From NCBI GenBank assembly GCA_016842005.1, contig JAENYD010000001.1, positions 102,754-166,753 of the forward strand: a stretch of DNA of 64,000 nt, in the 5' to 3' direction. Under the pieces are notes generated by a model. That model did no database searches, was not told the origin of the DNA, and was given only the letters and a program-made list of their open reading frames with translations. This DNA comes from Clostridium thermobutyricum (GTDB lineage Bacteria > Bacillota > Clostridia > Ch29). How positions within the stretch are numbered: position 1 is the first letter of the stretch; every line of letters starts with the position of its first letter. A program made the position numbers and the translations under genes. Shown here piece by piece: positions 18,585 through 27,800 of this stretch.

Positions 18585-20765
18585 ATGAGTAAAGCGTTAG
18601 TACTGGCCGAAAAGCCGTCTGTAGGAAGAGACCTGGCCAGGGTACTGAATTGCAGCAATAAAGGGAACGGCTACCTGGAGGGAAAAGAGTATATAGTTAC
18701 CTGGGCCCTGGGGCATCTGGTTACACTGGCTGAGCCCGAGGTCTACGATAAAAAATACAAATCATGGCGGATAGAAGACCTGCCCATGCTGCCTGAGCAT
18801 TTGAATCTTGTTGTAATAAAACAGAGCAGCCGGCAGTTTGCCTCCGTAAAGCAGCAGATGCACAGAAAGGATGTAAATCAGATTATTATTGCCACCGATG
18901 CGGGTCGGGAGGGTGAGCTTGTGGCCCGGTGGATAATAGAAAAGGCCGGCGTAAGGAAGCCGGTCAAACGTCTGTGGATTTCCTCGGTGACCGATAAGGC
19001 TATCAGGGAAGGCTTCAGCAGATTAAAGGATGGCAAGGAATATGAAAACCTTTATGCCTCTGCCGTTGCCCGGGCTGAAGCGGACTGGCTTGTGGGCATA
19101 AATGCCACACGGGCTTTGACCTGCAAGTATAACGCCCGGCTTTCCTGCGGGAGGGTTCAGACCCCCACCCTTGCCATCATCGCCGGGAAAGAGGAAGAGA
19201 TCCGGAACTTTACACCCAGGCCCTATTACGGTATTGTTGCTGCAGCCGACAGACTGAAGCTGACATGGCAGGACGGCCGGACCAAAAGCTTCAGGACCTT
19301 TGACAGGGATAAAAGAAATAAGGTGTTTATGCAGATACAGGACAAGGATGCTGAAGTTACAGAAGTAAATAAAGTCTACAGGAAAAAATTTGCTCCCCTG
19401 CTTTATGACCTGACAGAGCTTCAACGGGATGCCAACAGGATTTACGGCTATTCGGCAAAGGAAACCCTTTCAATCATGCAAAGACTGTATGAACATCATA
19501 AGGTGTTAACCTATCCCAGAACCGATTCCAGGTATATTTCAACAGATATCGTAGGTACCTTAGATGATAGGATTAAGGCCTGCGGGGTTGGCCCTTACTC
19601 CAAAACCGCCCGTAAAGCCCTTAAATATCCCATAACGAAGAAAATGCCTTTCGTTGATAACAGTAAGGTTTCGGACCATCACGCCATCATCCCCACCGAG
19701 CAGGCGGTTTATCTGGATGAATTGAGCGACAGGGAAAAAAAGATATATGACCTGGTTGTCAAACGCTTCCTGGCTGTCCTTTATCCTCCCTTCGAGTACC
19801 AGCAGACAACAATAAGGGCGACAATTGGAGGGGAACTTTTCATTGCAAAGGGGAAGGTTGTTATGGCTCAGGGCTGGAAGGAGGTCTATGATAACGGCTA
19901 CGACGATGAAGAGCAGGACCAGGATATTTCTGAGCAGATACTGCCGGATGTGAACAAAGGTGATGCCATAAAGATACTCGGCCTCACCCAGACTGAAGGA
20001 GAGACCAAACCACCGGTGCCCTTCAATGAAGGAAGTCTCCTTTCAGCCATGGAAAATCCGGCAAAATATATGGCCGGTGAGAGCAAGGCCCTGCTAAAGA
20101 CCATTGGAGAAACCGGGGGACTTGGAACGGTAGCCACAAGGGCGGATATCATAGACAAACTGTTTAACAGTTTTCTGATTGAAAAAAAAGGGAAAGACAT
20201 CTTTATTACTTCCAAGGGCAGACAGCTTCTGGAGCTGGTTCCCGAAGGCCTTAAGTCTCCGGCCCTGACTGCGGAGTGGGAACAAAAACTGAGCCATATT
20301 TCAAAAGGTTCCCTCAGTAAAAAAGCCTTCATCAGTGAAATGAGGGATTATGCTAAAGAGGTGGTTGAGAAAATAAAAAACAGGGAAGCGGTGTTCCGGC
20401 ATGACAATATTACAAGGACCAGGTGCCCGGATTGCGGCAAGTACATGCTTGAGGTCAACGGAAAGAAGGGCAGAATGCTTGTGTGCCAGGACAGGGAATG
20501 CGGGCACAGGATAGGGCTTGCCAGAAAAACCAATGCAAGGTGCCCGGAATGCCATAAAAAACTCGAACTGCGGGGAGAAGGAGACGGACAGATATTTGTC
20601 TGCCTGTGCGGGTACAGGGAAAAACTCTCTTCCTTTAAGGAAAGAAAAGAAAGGGAAAGCAGCAGGGTTTCAAAGAAAGAGGTGACCAAATACCTTAAAA
20701 AGCAACAGAAAGATAAGCCAATCAATTCCGCCCTTGCAGACGCCCTTTCCAAACTCGACCTTTAA
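18585..20765 (+). CDS. topB: DNA topoisomerase III (type IA) with two C-terminal C4 zinc ribbons
   Basis: TOPRIM N-terminus (MSKALVLAEKPSVGRDLARVL...GHLV), the catalytic region, and C-terminal CPDCGKY...CQDRECGH and CPECHKK...CLCGY motifs. Confidence 0.9.
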   Translation: MSKALVLAEKPSVGRDLARVLNCSNKGNGYLEGKEYIVTWALGHLVTLAEPEVYDKKYKSWRIEDLPMLPEHLNLVVIKQSSRQFASVKQQMHRKDVNQIIIATDAGREGELVARWIIEKAGVRKPVKRLWISSVTDKAIREGFSRLKDGKEYENLYASAVARAEADWLVGINATRALTCKYNARLSCGRVQTPTLAIIAGKEEEIRNFTPRPYYGIVAAADRLKLTWQDGRTKSFRTFDRDKRNKVFMQIQDKDAEVTEVNKVYRKKFAPLLYDLTELQRDANRIYGYSAKETLSIMQRLYEHHKVLTYPRTDSRYISTDIVGTLDDRIKACGVGPYSKTARKALKYPITKKMPFVDNSKVSDHHAIIPTEQAVYLDELSDREKKIYDLVVKRFLAVLYPPFEYQQTTIRATIGGELFIAKGKVVMAQGWKEVYDNGYDDEEQDQDISEQILPDVNKGDAIKILGLTQTEGETKPPVPFNEGSLLSAMENPAKYMAGESKALLKTIGETGGLGTVATRADIIDKLFNSFLIEKKGKDIFITSKGRQLLELVPEGLKSPALTAEWEQKLSHISKGSLSKKAFISEMRDYAKEVVEKIKNREAVFRHDNITRTRCPDCGKYMLEVNGKKGRMLVCQDRECGHRIGLARKTNARCPECHKKLELRGEGDGQIFVCLCGYREKLSSFKERKERESSRVSKKEVTKYLKKQQKDKPINSALADALSKLDL

Positions 20766-20772
20766 ATGTCAA

Positions 20773-20819
20773 GGGGACGGTTCTTCTGACACAAAAAAAT
20801 TGTCAGGAGAACCGTCCCC
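20773..20819 (+). repeat. 19-bp stem hairpin (GGGGACGGTTCTTCTGACA / TGTCAGGAGAACCGTCCCC) with no U tract, followed by CCCCTGACA direct repeats and repeat copy C
   Basis: One G-U wobble in the 19-bp stem. The downstream sequence CCCCTGACAgtgCCCCTGACAtgGGGGG runs into the 20840-20877 repeat core. Confidence 0.4.
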
Positions 20820-20839
20820 CTGACAGTGCCCCTGACATG

Positions 20840-20877
20840 GGGGGTCAAAACCCCGCCTGAAGCCAAGAATCCTGTTT
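20840..20877 (-). repeat. Copy C (core only) of the structured intergenic repeat family
   Basis: ggggtcaaaaccccgcctgaagccaagaatcctgttt is ~90% identical to the reverse complement of 1057-1092. It has the same orientation as copy B. Confidence 0.55.
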
Positions 20878-20948
20878 GTACTTTTCCCAAATTCAATGTA
20901 TTTTTATGGTATAATTATACTTAATATTATAAGGACAGGTGTATTACA

Positions 20949-23900
20949 ATGTTTATAGCTGATTTTCACATACATTCAAAATATTCAAGGGCCACCAGCA
21001 GGGAATGTGTACCTGAAGTGCTTGACATGTGGGCCAGGCGTAAAGGGATTGACGTTATAGGAACGGGTGATTTCACCCATCCGGCATGGCGGGAAGAATT
21101 AAAGGAGAAGCTTGTGCCTTCCGGAGAAGGTCTCTATGTCCTTAAGGATGATTTCAGTATAGGGGACAAGGTCTCAGAAGCACGTTCGAAGCCTCGTTTC
21201 ATGGTTTCCGGGGAAATAAGCTCAATATACAAGAAAAACGGAAGGGTAAGAAAGGTCCACAACCTGATACTTCTGCCCGGCCTGGAGTATGCTGAATCAA
21301 TATCCCGGCGGCTTGAGGCCGTAGGCAATTTGCATTCCGACGGCAGGCCGATATTGGGCCTGGACAGCAGGGACCTGCTTGAGATAGTCCTTGATATGTG
21401 CCCGGATGCCATATTCATCCCTGCCCATATATGGACCCCGCATTTCTCCCTGTATGGTGCATATTCCGGCTTTGACAACATCAGGGAATGTTTCGAAGAC
21501 CTTACCGGTTGTATATATGCCCTTGAAACGGGCCTTTCCTCTGATCCTCCAATGAACTGGCGTCTTTCCGCACTGGATGAGTTCACACTGGTTTCCAACT
21601 CTGATGCCCATTCCCCGGCAAAACTGGGAAGGGAGGCAAACATTTTTGATACCGGGCTTTCTTATACGTGTATATTGAATGCTTTGAAAAACCGCAGGAC
21701 AAAAGAATTTTACGGTACAATAGAGTTTTTCCCGGAGGAAGGAAAATACCACTACGACGGTCACAGGGCATGTAAGGTATGCTGGAAGCCTTCGGATACA
21801 AAGGCTGCACGAGGCGTATGCCCTGTATGCGGCGGCAGGATTACAGTGGGAGTGCTTCACCGGGTTGAAGACCTTGCAGACAGGGAAGAGGGGTTTGTCC
21901 CTCCGGCAGCAAGGCATTTTGAAAGCCTTGTTCCGCTTGATGAGATAATAGCCTCCTCAATGGGTTTTACTACTGCCAGCGCGAAGGTAAAGGGAAAGTA
22001 CGATGACCTGATACGGAGCCTCGGACCGGAGCTGTTTATACTCCGTGAGGCCCCGCTGAAGGATATTGAACTGGCGGCAGGACCATGCATAGCTGAAGGC
22101 ATCCGCCGGCTGCGATGCGGCAAGGTTGAAATACAACCCGGATTTGATGGAGAATACGGCAGAATTAAAGTAATAGACAAAAGCGAAATAGATATGCTTT
22201 CAGGTCAGCTGAGCTTTATTGCCCCTGAAATTATTGAAGATAAAAAGAACTTCACCGGTGAAGCCCAACCGGCACCGGTTTTAGCAGATAACTGTCCCTC
22301 AGGCGGCAGCGAGGACACTGTTAAAACTGCTCCCCCGGACATCCCCTACAGGTTGAACCGGGAGCAGTGGGAGGCTGTTTCGTCCTCCAGCCCGGCCATT
22401 GCGGTAATCGCAGGCCCCGGAACCGGAAAAACAAAAACACTGGTGTCCCGTATCGCATACCTTGTTGAAAAATGTGATGTACATCCCTCCCGGATAACCG
22501 CCGTTACCTTTACCAATAAAGCCGCAAACGAGATGCGCACCCGTCTGGAAAAACACTTTGGAGATAAGAGGACGGCAGATGCAATGGCCATAGGAACCTT
22601 CCACTCCATATGTCTTCAGATTTTATCCGGATGGAAGGGCAAGAATAACATAACCGTTATTGATGAGTATAACGCCCTTTCAATAGTCGAGGAAATATTA
22701 AAGGCCATGGAATTGAAAATTTCTCCGCGGGATGCGATGAGAGAAATATCACTGATTAAAAGCGGTGCATCGCCGGGAGAAAATAAAGAAATATCGATTC
22801 AAAAGGGGACATTCCGCAGCAAGGAATACCCGCATCGCAGCGGTGTGTCCCCTGACCTTATATATGATTTATACTGTTCACAGCTTGAACGTTACGGTGT
22901 AATGGACTATGACGATATTCTCCTCGAAGTGCTCAAAAGGTTTGAAGCTACAAATACAGAGGATATACCGGGCAGGAACCTGGATAACTCTTTCTCATAT
23001 CTGCTGGTGGATGAATTCCAGGATATAAATGGAATTCAGTACCGCTTGATAAAGGAATGGGGCAGAAAAAGCAAAAGTATTTTCATCATAGGTGACCCTG
23101 ACCAGTCCATCTATGGTTTCAGGGGCTCGGATTTCCGCTATTTTGAAAGGTTCAAAGAGGATTTTCCCGACACCCAGCATGTCCGGCTAACACAGAATTA
23201 CCGGTCCACACCTGAAATAATTGTTTGTGCCAAATCGGTAATCTCAAAGGAAACTGCAGGGGCGCTCACCCGTTCCCTGGATGCAACAAGGAAAAGCGGT
23301 GCCAAGGTACGCCTTGTAGAGACCCGTGATGAATTTTCAGAGGCTATTTTTGTTGCAAAGGAGATAAACCGTATGGTCGGCGGCGTTGACATGCTTGATG
23401 CCCATGCGCTGCCGGCATCCGGCGGAAAAAGGCCCGTGACAGGACACCCGAGAGGCTTTTCGGATATTGCCGTGCTATACCGTACCAACCGCCAGGCAGA
23501 AATTCTGGAGCACTGTCTCCGAAAAGAGGGCATCCAGTATGTGGTGGTGGGGCGGGACCAGTTCCTTTCGGATAAACCGGTCCGTGAAGCCATCGCCTTC
23601 TTCAAACTTTTGCTCAACCCCGGAGATATTGCTTCACTACGGGTATGCCTTAATGCAGAAGGCCTATATCCGGCAGACCTGAGCCAAAAGGTCCTGGAAA
23701 TCTATGCTGGGGCTGAGAAAAGCGTAGCTTCCCTTGCAAAAATCATAGAAGGCATCCAACTGCCACCGCATATCCCGGACAAACCCCTGCATTTGGCAGA
23801 GGTGTTAAGGAAATATAAAGGCACCATCAATAAAGAAAAACCGTATAAGATTATAGATGCATGGATCAACGACAACAACCTGTCAGGCATCAGGTCCATG

Positions 23901-24317
23901 GAACTGCTTTTAAACACGGCGGTTATGCATGATCAGATGTCTTCCTTCATTCAAACCCTTGTACTGGGACGTGAAAGTGATGTTGTCCGCAGCGGCAGCA
24001 AGGTTTATTCTCCGGATGCGGTATCACTGATGACCATACACGGAGCAAAAGGTCTTGAATTCCCCGCAGTGTTCATATGCGGCGTAGACGACGGCATGAT
24101 CCCTCTGAGGAACAGCAGGCATGCCCTTAATATCGGAGAGGAGAGACGGCTTTTCTATGTGGGGATGACAAGGGCACAGGATGAACTTATACTTCTGACT
24201 TCCCGTACCCCGTCGCCTTTTATTGCCAGCATACCTCAAGAGCATCTTGTAACAGAAAGGGCCTTTATCCAAAAGCCGTCGCCCCAGTGTGAGCAAATCA
24301 GCCTTTTTGACATATGA
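20949..24317 (+). CDS. Fusion protein: N-terminal EndoQ-like PHP-domain nuclease (TIGR00375 type, with Zn-ribbon) plus C-terminal UvrD/PcrA-family SF1 helicase
   Basis: N-terminus MFIADFHIHSKYSRATS...GIDVIGTGDFTHPAW (PHP). Zn ribbon CKVCW...CPVCGG. From aa ~470 the helicase motifs: Walker A GPGTGKT, DEFQD, QNYRST, TIHGAKGLEF, YVGMTRAQ. Confidence 0.8.
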   Translation: MFIADFHIHSKYSRATSRECVPEVLDMWARRKGIDVIGTGDFTHPAWREELKEKLVPSGEGLYVLKDDFSIGDKVSEARSKPRFMVSGEISSIYKKNGRVRKVHNLILLPGLEYAESISRRLEAVGNLHSDGRPILGLDSRDLLEIVLDMCPDAIFIPAHIWTPHFSLYGAYSGFDNIRECFEDLTGCIYALETGLSSDPPMNWRLSALDEFTLVSNSDAHSPAKLGREANIFDTGLSYTCILNALKNRRTKEFYGTIEFFPEEGKYHYDGHRACKVCWKPSDTKAARGVCPVCGGRITVGVLHRVEDLADREEGFVPPAARHFESLVPLDEIIASSMGFTTASAKVKGKYDDLIRSLGPELFILREAPLKDIELAAGPCIAEGIRRLRCGKVEIQPGFDGEYGRIKVIDKSEIDMLSGQLSFIAPEIIEDKKNFTGEAQPAPVLADNCPSGGSEDTVKTAPPDIPYRLNREQWEAVSSSSPAIAVIAGPGTGKTKTLVSRIAYLVEKCDVHPSRITAVTFTNKAANEMRTRLEKHFGDKRTADAMAIGTFHSICLQILSGWKGKNNITVIDEYNALSIVEEILKAMELKISPRDAMREISLIKSGASPGENKEISIQKGTFRSKEYPHRSGVSPDLIYDLYCSQLERYGVMDYDDILLEVLKRFEATNTEDIPGRNLDNSFSYLLVDEFQDINGIQYRLIKEWGRKSKSIFIIGDPDQSIYGFRGSDFRYFERFKEDFPDTQHVRLTQNYRSTPEIIVCAKSVISKETAGALTRSLDATRKSGAKVRLVETRDEFSEAIFVAKEINRMVGGVDMLDAHALPASGGKRPVTGHPRGFSDIAVLYRTNRQAEILEHCLRKEGIQYVVVGRDQFLSDKPVREAIAFFKLLLNPGDIASLRVCLNAEGLYPADLSQKVLEIYAGAEKSVASLAKIIEGIQLPPHIPDKPLHLAEVLRKYKGTINKEKPYKIIDAWINDNNLSGIRSMELLLNTAVMHDQMSSFIQTLVLGRESDVVRSGSKVYSPDAVSLMTIHGAKGLEFPAVFICGVDDGMIPLRNSRHALNIGEERRLFYVGMTRAQDELILLTSRTPSPFIASIPQEHLVTERAFIQKPSPQCEQISLFDI

Positions 24318-24332
24318 CAAAAATAACCGTTT

Positions 24333-25088
24333 CTACTGTTTGCCTACTGTCTGGAGCACTTCCTTGAGTTTCTCGCCTGTGGTTTTTTTTCTGCATTTAT
24401 CGCATAGTAATCCGTCCATGTCTATTCCTTTCTTATTCTTTATATACTCATACTGCTCCCGGGTCATGAAGTGATCTCCACACCGGGTGCATTTGAGGAG
24501 TTCAAAGGTCTTGTTCCATATCCTTCTTTTTCCCTGATGTTCTTCGATTTCTATGGCACCGGTAGGACATACATAGGCGCATGCCCCGCATCCGATACAT
24601 TCTGGAGGGGTTTCCTCAAAGGGTGTCGATACTTTTTTTATTGTCCCTCTGTTTACCATGGAAATGGCATGGGCGCCCACTTCATCGCATGCCCTTACAC
24701 ACAGGCCGCACAGGATGCATTTTTCCTCATTATCAATCTTAAATCTGGTTTCAGGAGGGATATTATATTCTTCGGATAACCGCTTAATAAAGTCACTGCC
24801 GGGGGCCCTGGCAGAGAGTAACCTCATAATGGTCCTCCGCATTTCCTTTATTCTTTCCGAGCAGGTGATGACCTCTATCTCTTTTGTAACAGGGTATGAG
24901 CAGGAAGTAACAATTTTCCGCCTTGAACCGTCGACAATCTCAACAATGCACATCCTGCAGTTTCCCTGCCCCGGCAGGGCTTCAGAGTGGCATAATGCAG
25001 GTATGTGTATACCGTTTCTTTCAGCTACGTTCAGAATGTATTCACCGTGCTCCGCACTGCACTCTTTACCGTCTATAATAATATTCAT
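24333..25088 (-). CDS. NuoG-N-terminal-like Fe-S protein ([2Fe-2S] ferredoxin domain plus two [4Fe-4S] motifs): putative electron-transfer subunit
   Basis: MNIIIDGKECSAE...IPALCH...CRMC (2Fe-2S); CILCGLCVRAC and CIGCGACAYVCP (4Fe-4S). Its start overlaps the stop of the NuoF-like gene. Confidence 0.7.
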   Translation of the reverse strand: MNIIIDGKECSAEHGEYILNVAERNGIHIPALCHSEALPGQGNCRMCIVEIVDGSRRKIVTSCSYPVTKEIEVITCSERIKEMRRTIMRLLSARAPGSDFIKRLSEEYNIPPETRFKIDNEEKCILCGLCVRACDEVGAHAISMVNRGTIKKVSTPFEETPPECIGCGACAYVCPTGAIEIEEHQGKRRIWNKTFELLKCTRCGDHFMTREQYEYIKNKKGIDMDGLLCDKCRKKTTGEKLKEVLQTVGKQ

Positions 25089-26935
25089 TCCGCCACCCCT
25101 CCCTTTATCTTAACAGCATTGAACCTGCAGACGTCCCTGCATGCTCCGCATTTAATACATTTTGAAGCATCTATCGTGAAATTCGACTTCAGTTGCCCTG
25201 AAATAGCCCCGGACGGGCAATTTTTCCGGCACAGACCGCAGCCTTTGCAGGCATCACCGTCGATGTAGTAACTGGTCAGCTCTTTACACGTACCTGCCGG
25301 ACAGCGTTTGTTGACTATATGCTCAAGGTATTCTTCCCGGAAGTATTTTATGGTGGTAATGACCGGGTTGGGGGCAGTCTTCCCGAGCCCGCACAGTGAT
25401 GCCTCTTTTATTGTCCCGGACAATTCAAGCAGCAAATCAATGTCTTCTTCCCGTCCCTTTCCCGCACAAATACCCTCTACCAACTCCAGCATCCTCTTTA
25501 TCCCTTCCCGGCAGGGAACACACTTGCCGCAGGATTCTCCGGCCAGGAAGTTCAGATAATATCTGGCCACCTCAACCATACAGGTATCTTCATCCATTAC
25601 TATCATTCCGCCTGACCCCATCATTGAACCGGCTTCATCCAGGGAATCGAAATCCACCTTCAGGTCCACCAGACTTTCGGGTACACAACCGCCTGAAGGA
25701 CCGCCGGTCTGAACTGCCTTAAACTTCTTGTTCCCCGGTATCCCTCCTCCGATATCAAAGATTATCTCTCTGAGGGTTATTCCCATGGGGACTTCTATCA
25801 ACCCGGTATTGTTTACTTTCCCCACGAGGGAGAATACTTTTGTACCTTTGCTTTTCCCGGTACCAATCGAGCTAAACCACCCGGCCCCTTTGATTATTAT
25901 CTCGGGGACGTTTGCCCAGGTTTCAACGTTGTTAAGCACCGTAGGCTGTCCCCACAGGCCCCTTTCGGTTGAATGAATATATTTTGTCCTGGGTTCTCCC
26001 ACATTGCCCTCAATAGAAGACATGAGCGCCGTGGATTCGCCGCATACAAAGGCCCCCCCGCCTCTCACGATCTGGATATCGAAATTGAACTCTCTACCAA
26101 GGATATTGCTTCCCAGAAATCTTCTCTCTTTAGCTTGTTCTATTGCCTTCGACATGTTTTCTATTGCCAGGGAATATTCGTCCCTGATATATATATATCC
26201 CTGTTCGGCCCGGATAGCATATGCACAGATGAGCATACCTTCAATAACACTGTGCGGGTCACCTTCCATTATGCTTCTGTCCATAAATGCACCCGGATCC
26301 CCTTCATCACCGTTGCAGACAACGTACTTGGGAAAACTGTTTACTTTATTGCACTGTTCCCACTTGCTGCCTGTGGGATATCCGCCTCCGCCTCTGCCTC
26401 TCAAACCGGATTTTTTTATCTCTGATATGACATCACCAGGGGATAAATTAAACAATGCCTTTTTCAATGCCTGGTAACCGCCGCGCTCGATATAGTCTTC
26501 AATGTTTGCCGGGTCCACCTCTCCTATATTCCGCAGGGCGATCTTTTTCTGTCTGCCGTAGAATTGGCTGTCTTTATGGGATTTTACCCTTTGCCCTGTG
26601 GAGGTATCCAGATATAGCAGCCTGTCAATTATTTCATCGTTTTTTATGGTTCTGTCTATTATTTCATCCACATCTGACACTTTTACATTACAATAAAAGA
26701 TGTCATCAGGATAAATTTTTACTATGGGCCCTTTTTCGCACAGTCCGTTACACCCTGTGGCCTTGACTACAGGACGGATTTTTGCTTTTATACCCGATGC
26801 CCCGGCTTTTCGTTTAAGCTCCTTATATATCTCAAGACTGTTATTAGCCAGACAGCCTGTACCACAGCAAACAAGAACCGTTTTTTTCTTCCTGCTATTG
26901 AATATCTTCACTGTTCCGGCCTCCAAACCCGTCAA
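25085..26935 (-). CDS. NuoF-like NADH-binding flavoprotein with an N-terminal thioredoxin-like [2Fe-2S] domain and a C-terminal 2x[4Fe-4S] ferredoxin domain (HydB/BfuB-type)
   Basis: GRGGGGYPTGSKWE (FMN/NADH site); ESCGKCVPCREG (N3 cluster); C-terminal CKGCGLCRKNCP and CIKCGACRDVC; N-terminal CCGTGC...C..C. Confidence 0.85.
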   Translation of the reverse strand: MTGLEAGTVKIFNSRKKKTVLVCCGTGCLANNSLEIYKELKRKAGASGIKAKIRPVVKATGCNGLCEKGPIVKIYPDDIFYCNVKVSDVDEIIDRTIKNDEIIDRLLYLDTSTGQRVKSHKDSQFYGRQKKIALRNIGEVDPANIEDYIERGGYQALKKALFNLSPGDVISEIKKSGLRGRGGGGYPTGSKWEQCNKVNSFPKYVVCNGDEGDPGAFMDRSIMEGDPHSVIEGMLICAYAIRAEQGYIYIRDEYSLAIENMSKAIEQAKERRFLGSNILGREFNFDIQIVRGGGAFVCGESTALMSSIEGNVGEPRTKYIHSTERGLWGQPTVLNNVETWANVPEIIIKGAGWFSSIGTGKSKGTKVFSLVGKVNNTGLIEVPMGITLREIIFDIGGGIPGNKKFKAVQTGGPSGGCVPESLVDLKVDFDSLDEAGSMMGSGGMIVMDEDTCMVEVARYYLNFLAGESCGKCVPCREGIKRMLELVEGICAGKGREEDIDLLLELSGTIKEASLCGLGKTAPNPVITTIKYFREEYLEHIVNKRCPAGTCKELTSYYIDGDACKGCGLCRKNCPSGAISGQLKSNFTIDASKCIKCGACRDVCRFNAVKIKGGVAE

Positions 26936-27392
26936 TAATTTTTTTTACCATTTTAGGAGTAACTTTCCCAAAGTATTTGCCATCAACAACCATAACAGGC
27001 GCTATTGCGCAGGAACCCAGGCAGTTTACCGTTTCAAGGGAAAACAGGCCATCTTCTGTAGTTTCCCCCGGTGAGATATTGAGCAGCTTTTGAATTTCAT
27101 CAATTATCAGGCCTGAGCCCCTTATATGGCATGCTGTTCCGTCACATACCTTTATTACATACCTGCCTTTGGGTTTCAGGCTTAATGCCTTGTAGAATGT
27201 AGCCATGCTGTACAGCTTGCTCATAGGAATATCAAGATATTCATGTATGACTGTCAGCGATTCCCTCGGCAGGTAGTTATATTGCTTCTGTATATCCTGG
27301 AGTATTGCAAGCAAGAACCTCTGTTCTTCAGGATATCTTTTCAGTATTGAGCGGGTACAAGAAATTATTTCCTGTGTCTTTTCAGAGGACAT
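26895..27392 (-). CDS. NuoE-like thioredoxin-fold [2Fe-2S] protein (HydC/BfuC-type)
   Basis: CDGTACHIRG...CLGSCAIAPVMVVDGKY is the canonical NuoE/HoxE motif set. Confidence 0.85.
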   Translation of the reverse strand: MSSEKTQEIISCTRSILKRYPEEQRFLLAILQDIQKQYNYLPRESLTVIHEYLDIPMSKLYSMATFYKALSLKPKGRYVIKVCDGTACHIRGSGLIIDEIQKLLNISPGETTEDGLFSLETVNCLGSCAIAPVMVVDGKYFGKVTPKMVKKIIDGFGGRNSEDIQ

Positions 27393-27429
27393 ATATGTTA
27401 CACCTTCTCCCAGATTAATAATCTATCGT

Positions 27430-27708
27430 TTAACCTCCTGCTACAACGGGAAAGATACTTATCTCGTCATCCGGCCTTAAAGGAGTGTCCAGAAATTCCA
27501 TATGAACGATATTCCTGCCGTTTACCAGAATAATTATCTCATCACTTAATTGACGGTCACCGGTAAATATTAATTCCCGGAATTTTTTACCGTATTTTAT
27601 GCACAGTTCATCCAGAAGCTCCTGAACAGTAGTACACCGGTTATATTCAATTTCCCTGGAACCTGTGTAGTCCCTTATATATGCAAAAAACTTTATTTTC
27701 ATGACCAT
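27430..27708 (-). CDS. MoaD/ThiS-family small sulfur-carrier-like protein (C-terminal GG)
   Basis: ~92 aa from MVMKIKFFAYIRDYTG..., ending ...ISIFPVVAGG. The ORF-track start at 27762 is probably too far upstream. Confidence 0.6.
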   Translation of the reverse strand: MVMKIKFFAYIRDYTGSREIEYNRCTTVQELLDELCIKYGKKFRELIFTGDRQLSDEIIILVNGRNIVHMEFLDTPLRPDDEISIFPVVAGG

Positions 27709-27800
27709 TAACCCCGATAAAGAAATTTTACCCGTGAGTTGACCGCACGAATATGCCGCCAACTCACAGGTAAGTATTCCATATTAATATTTTTTGTCCT

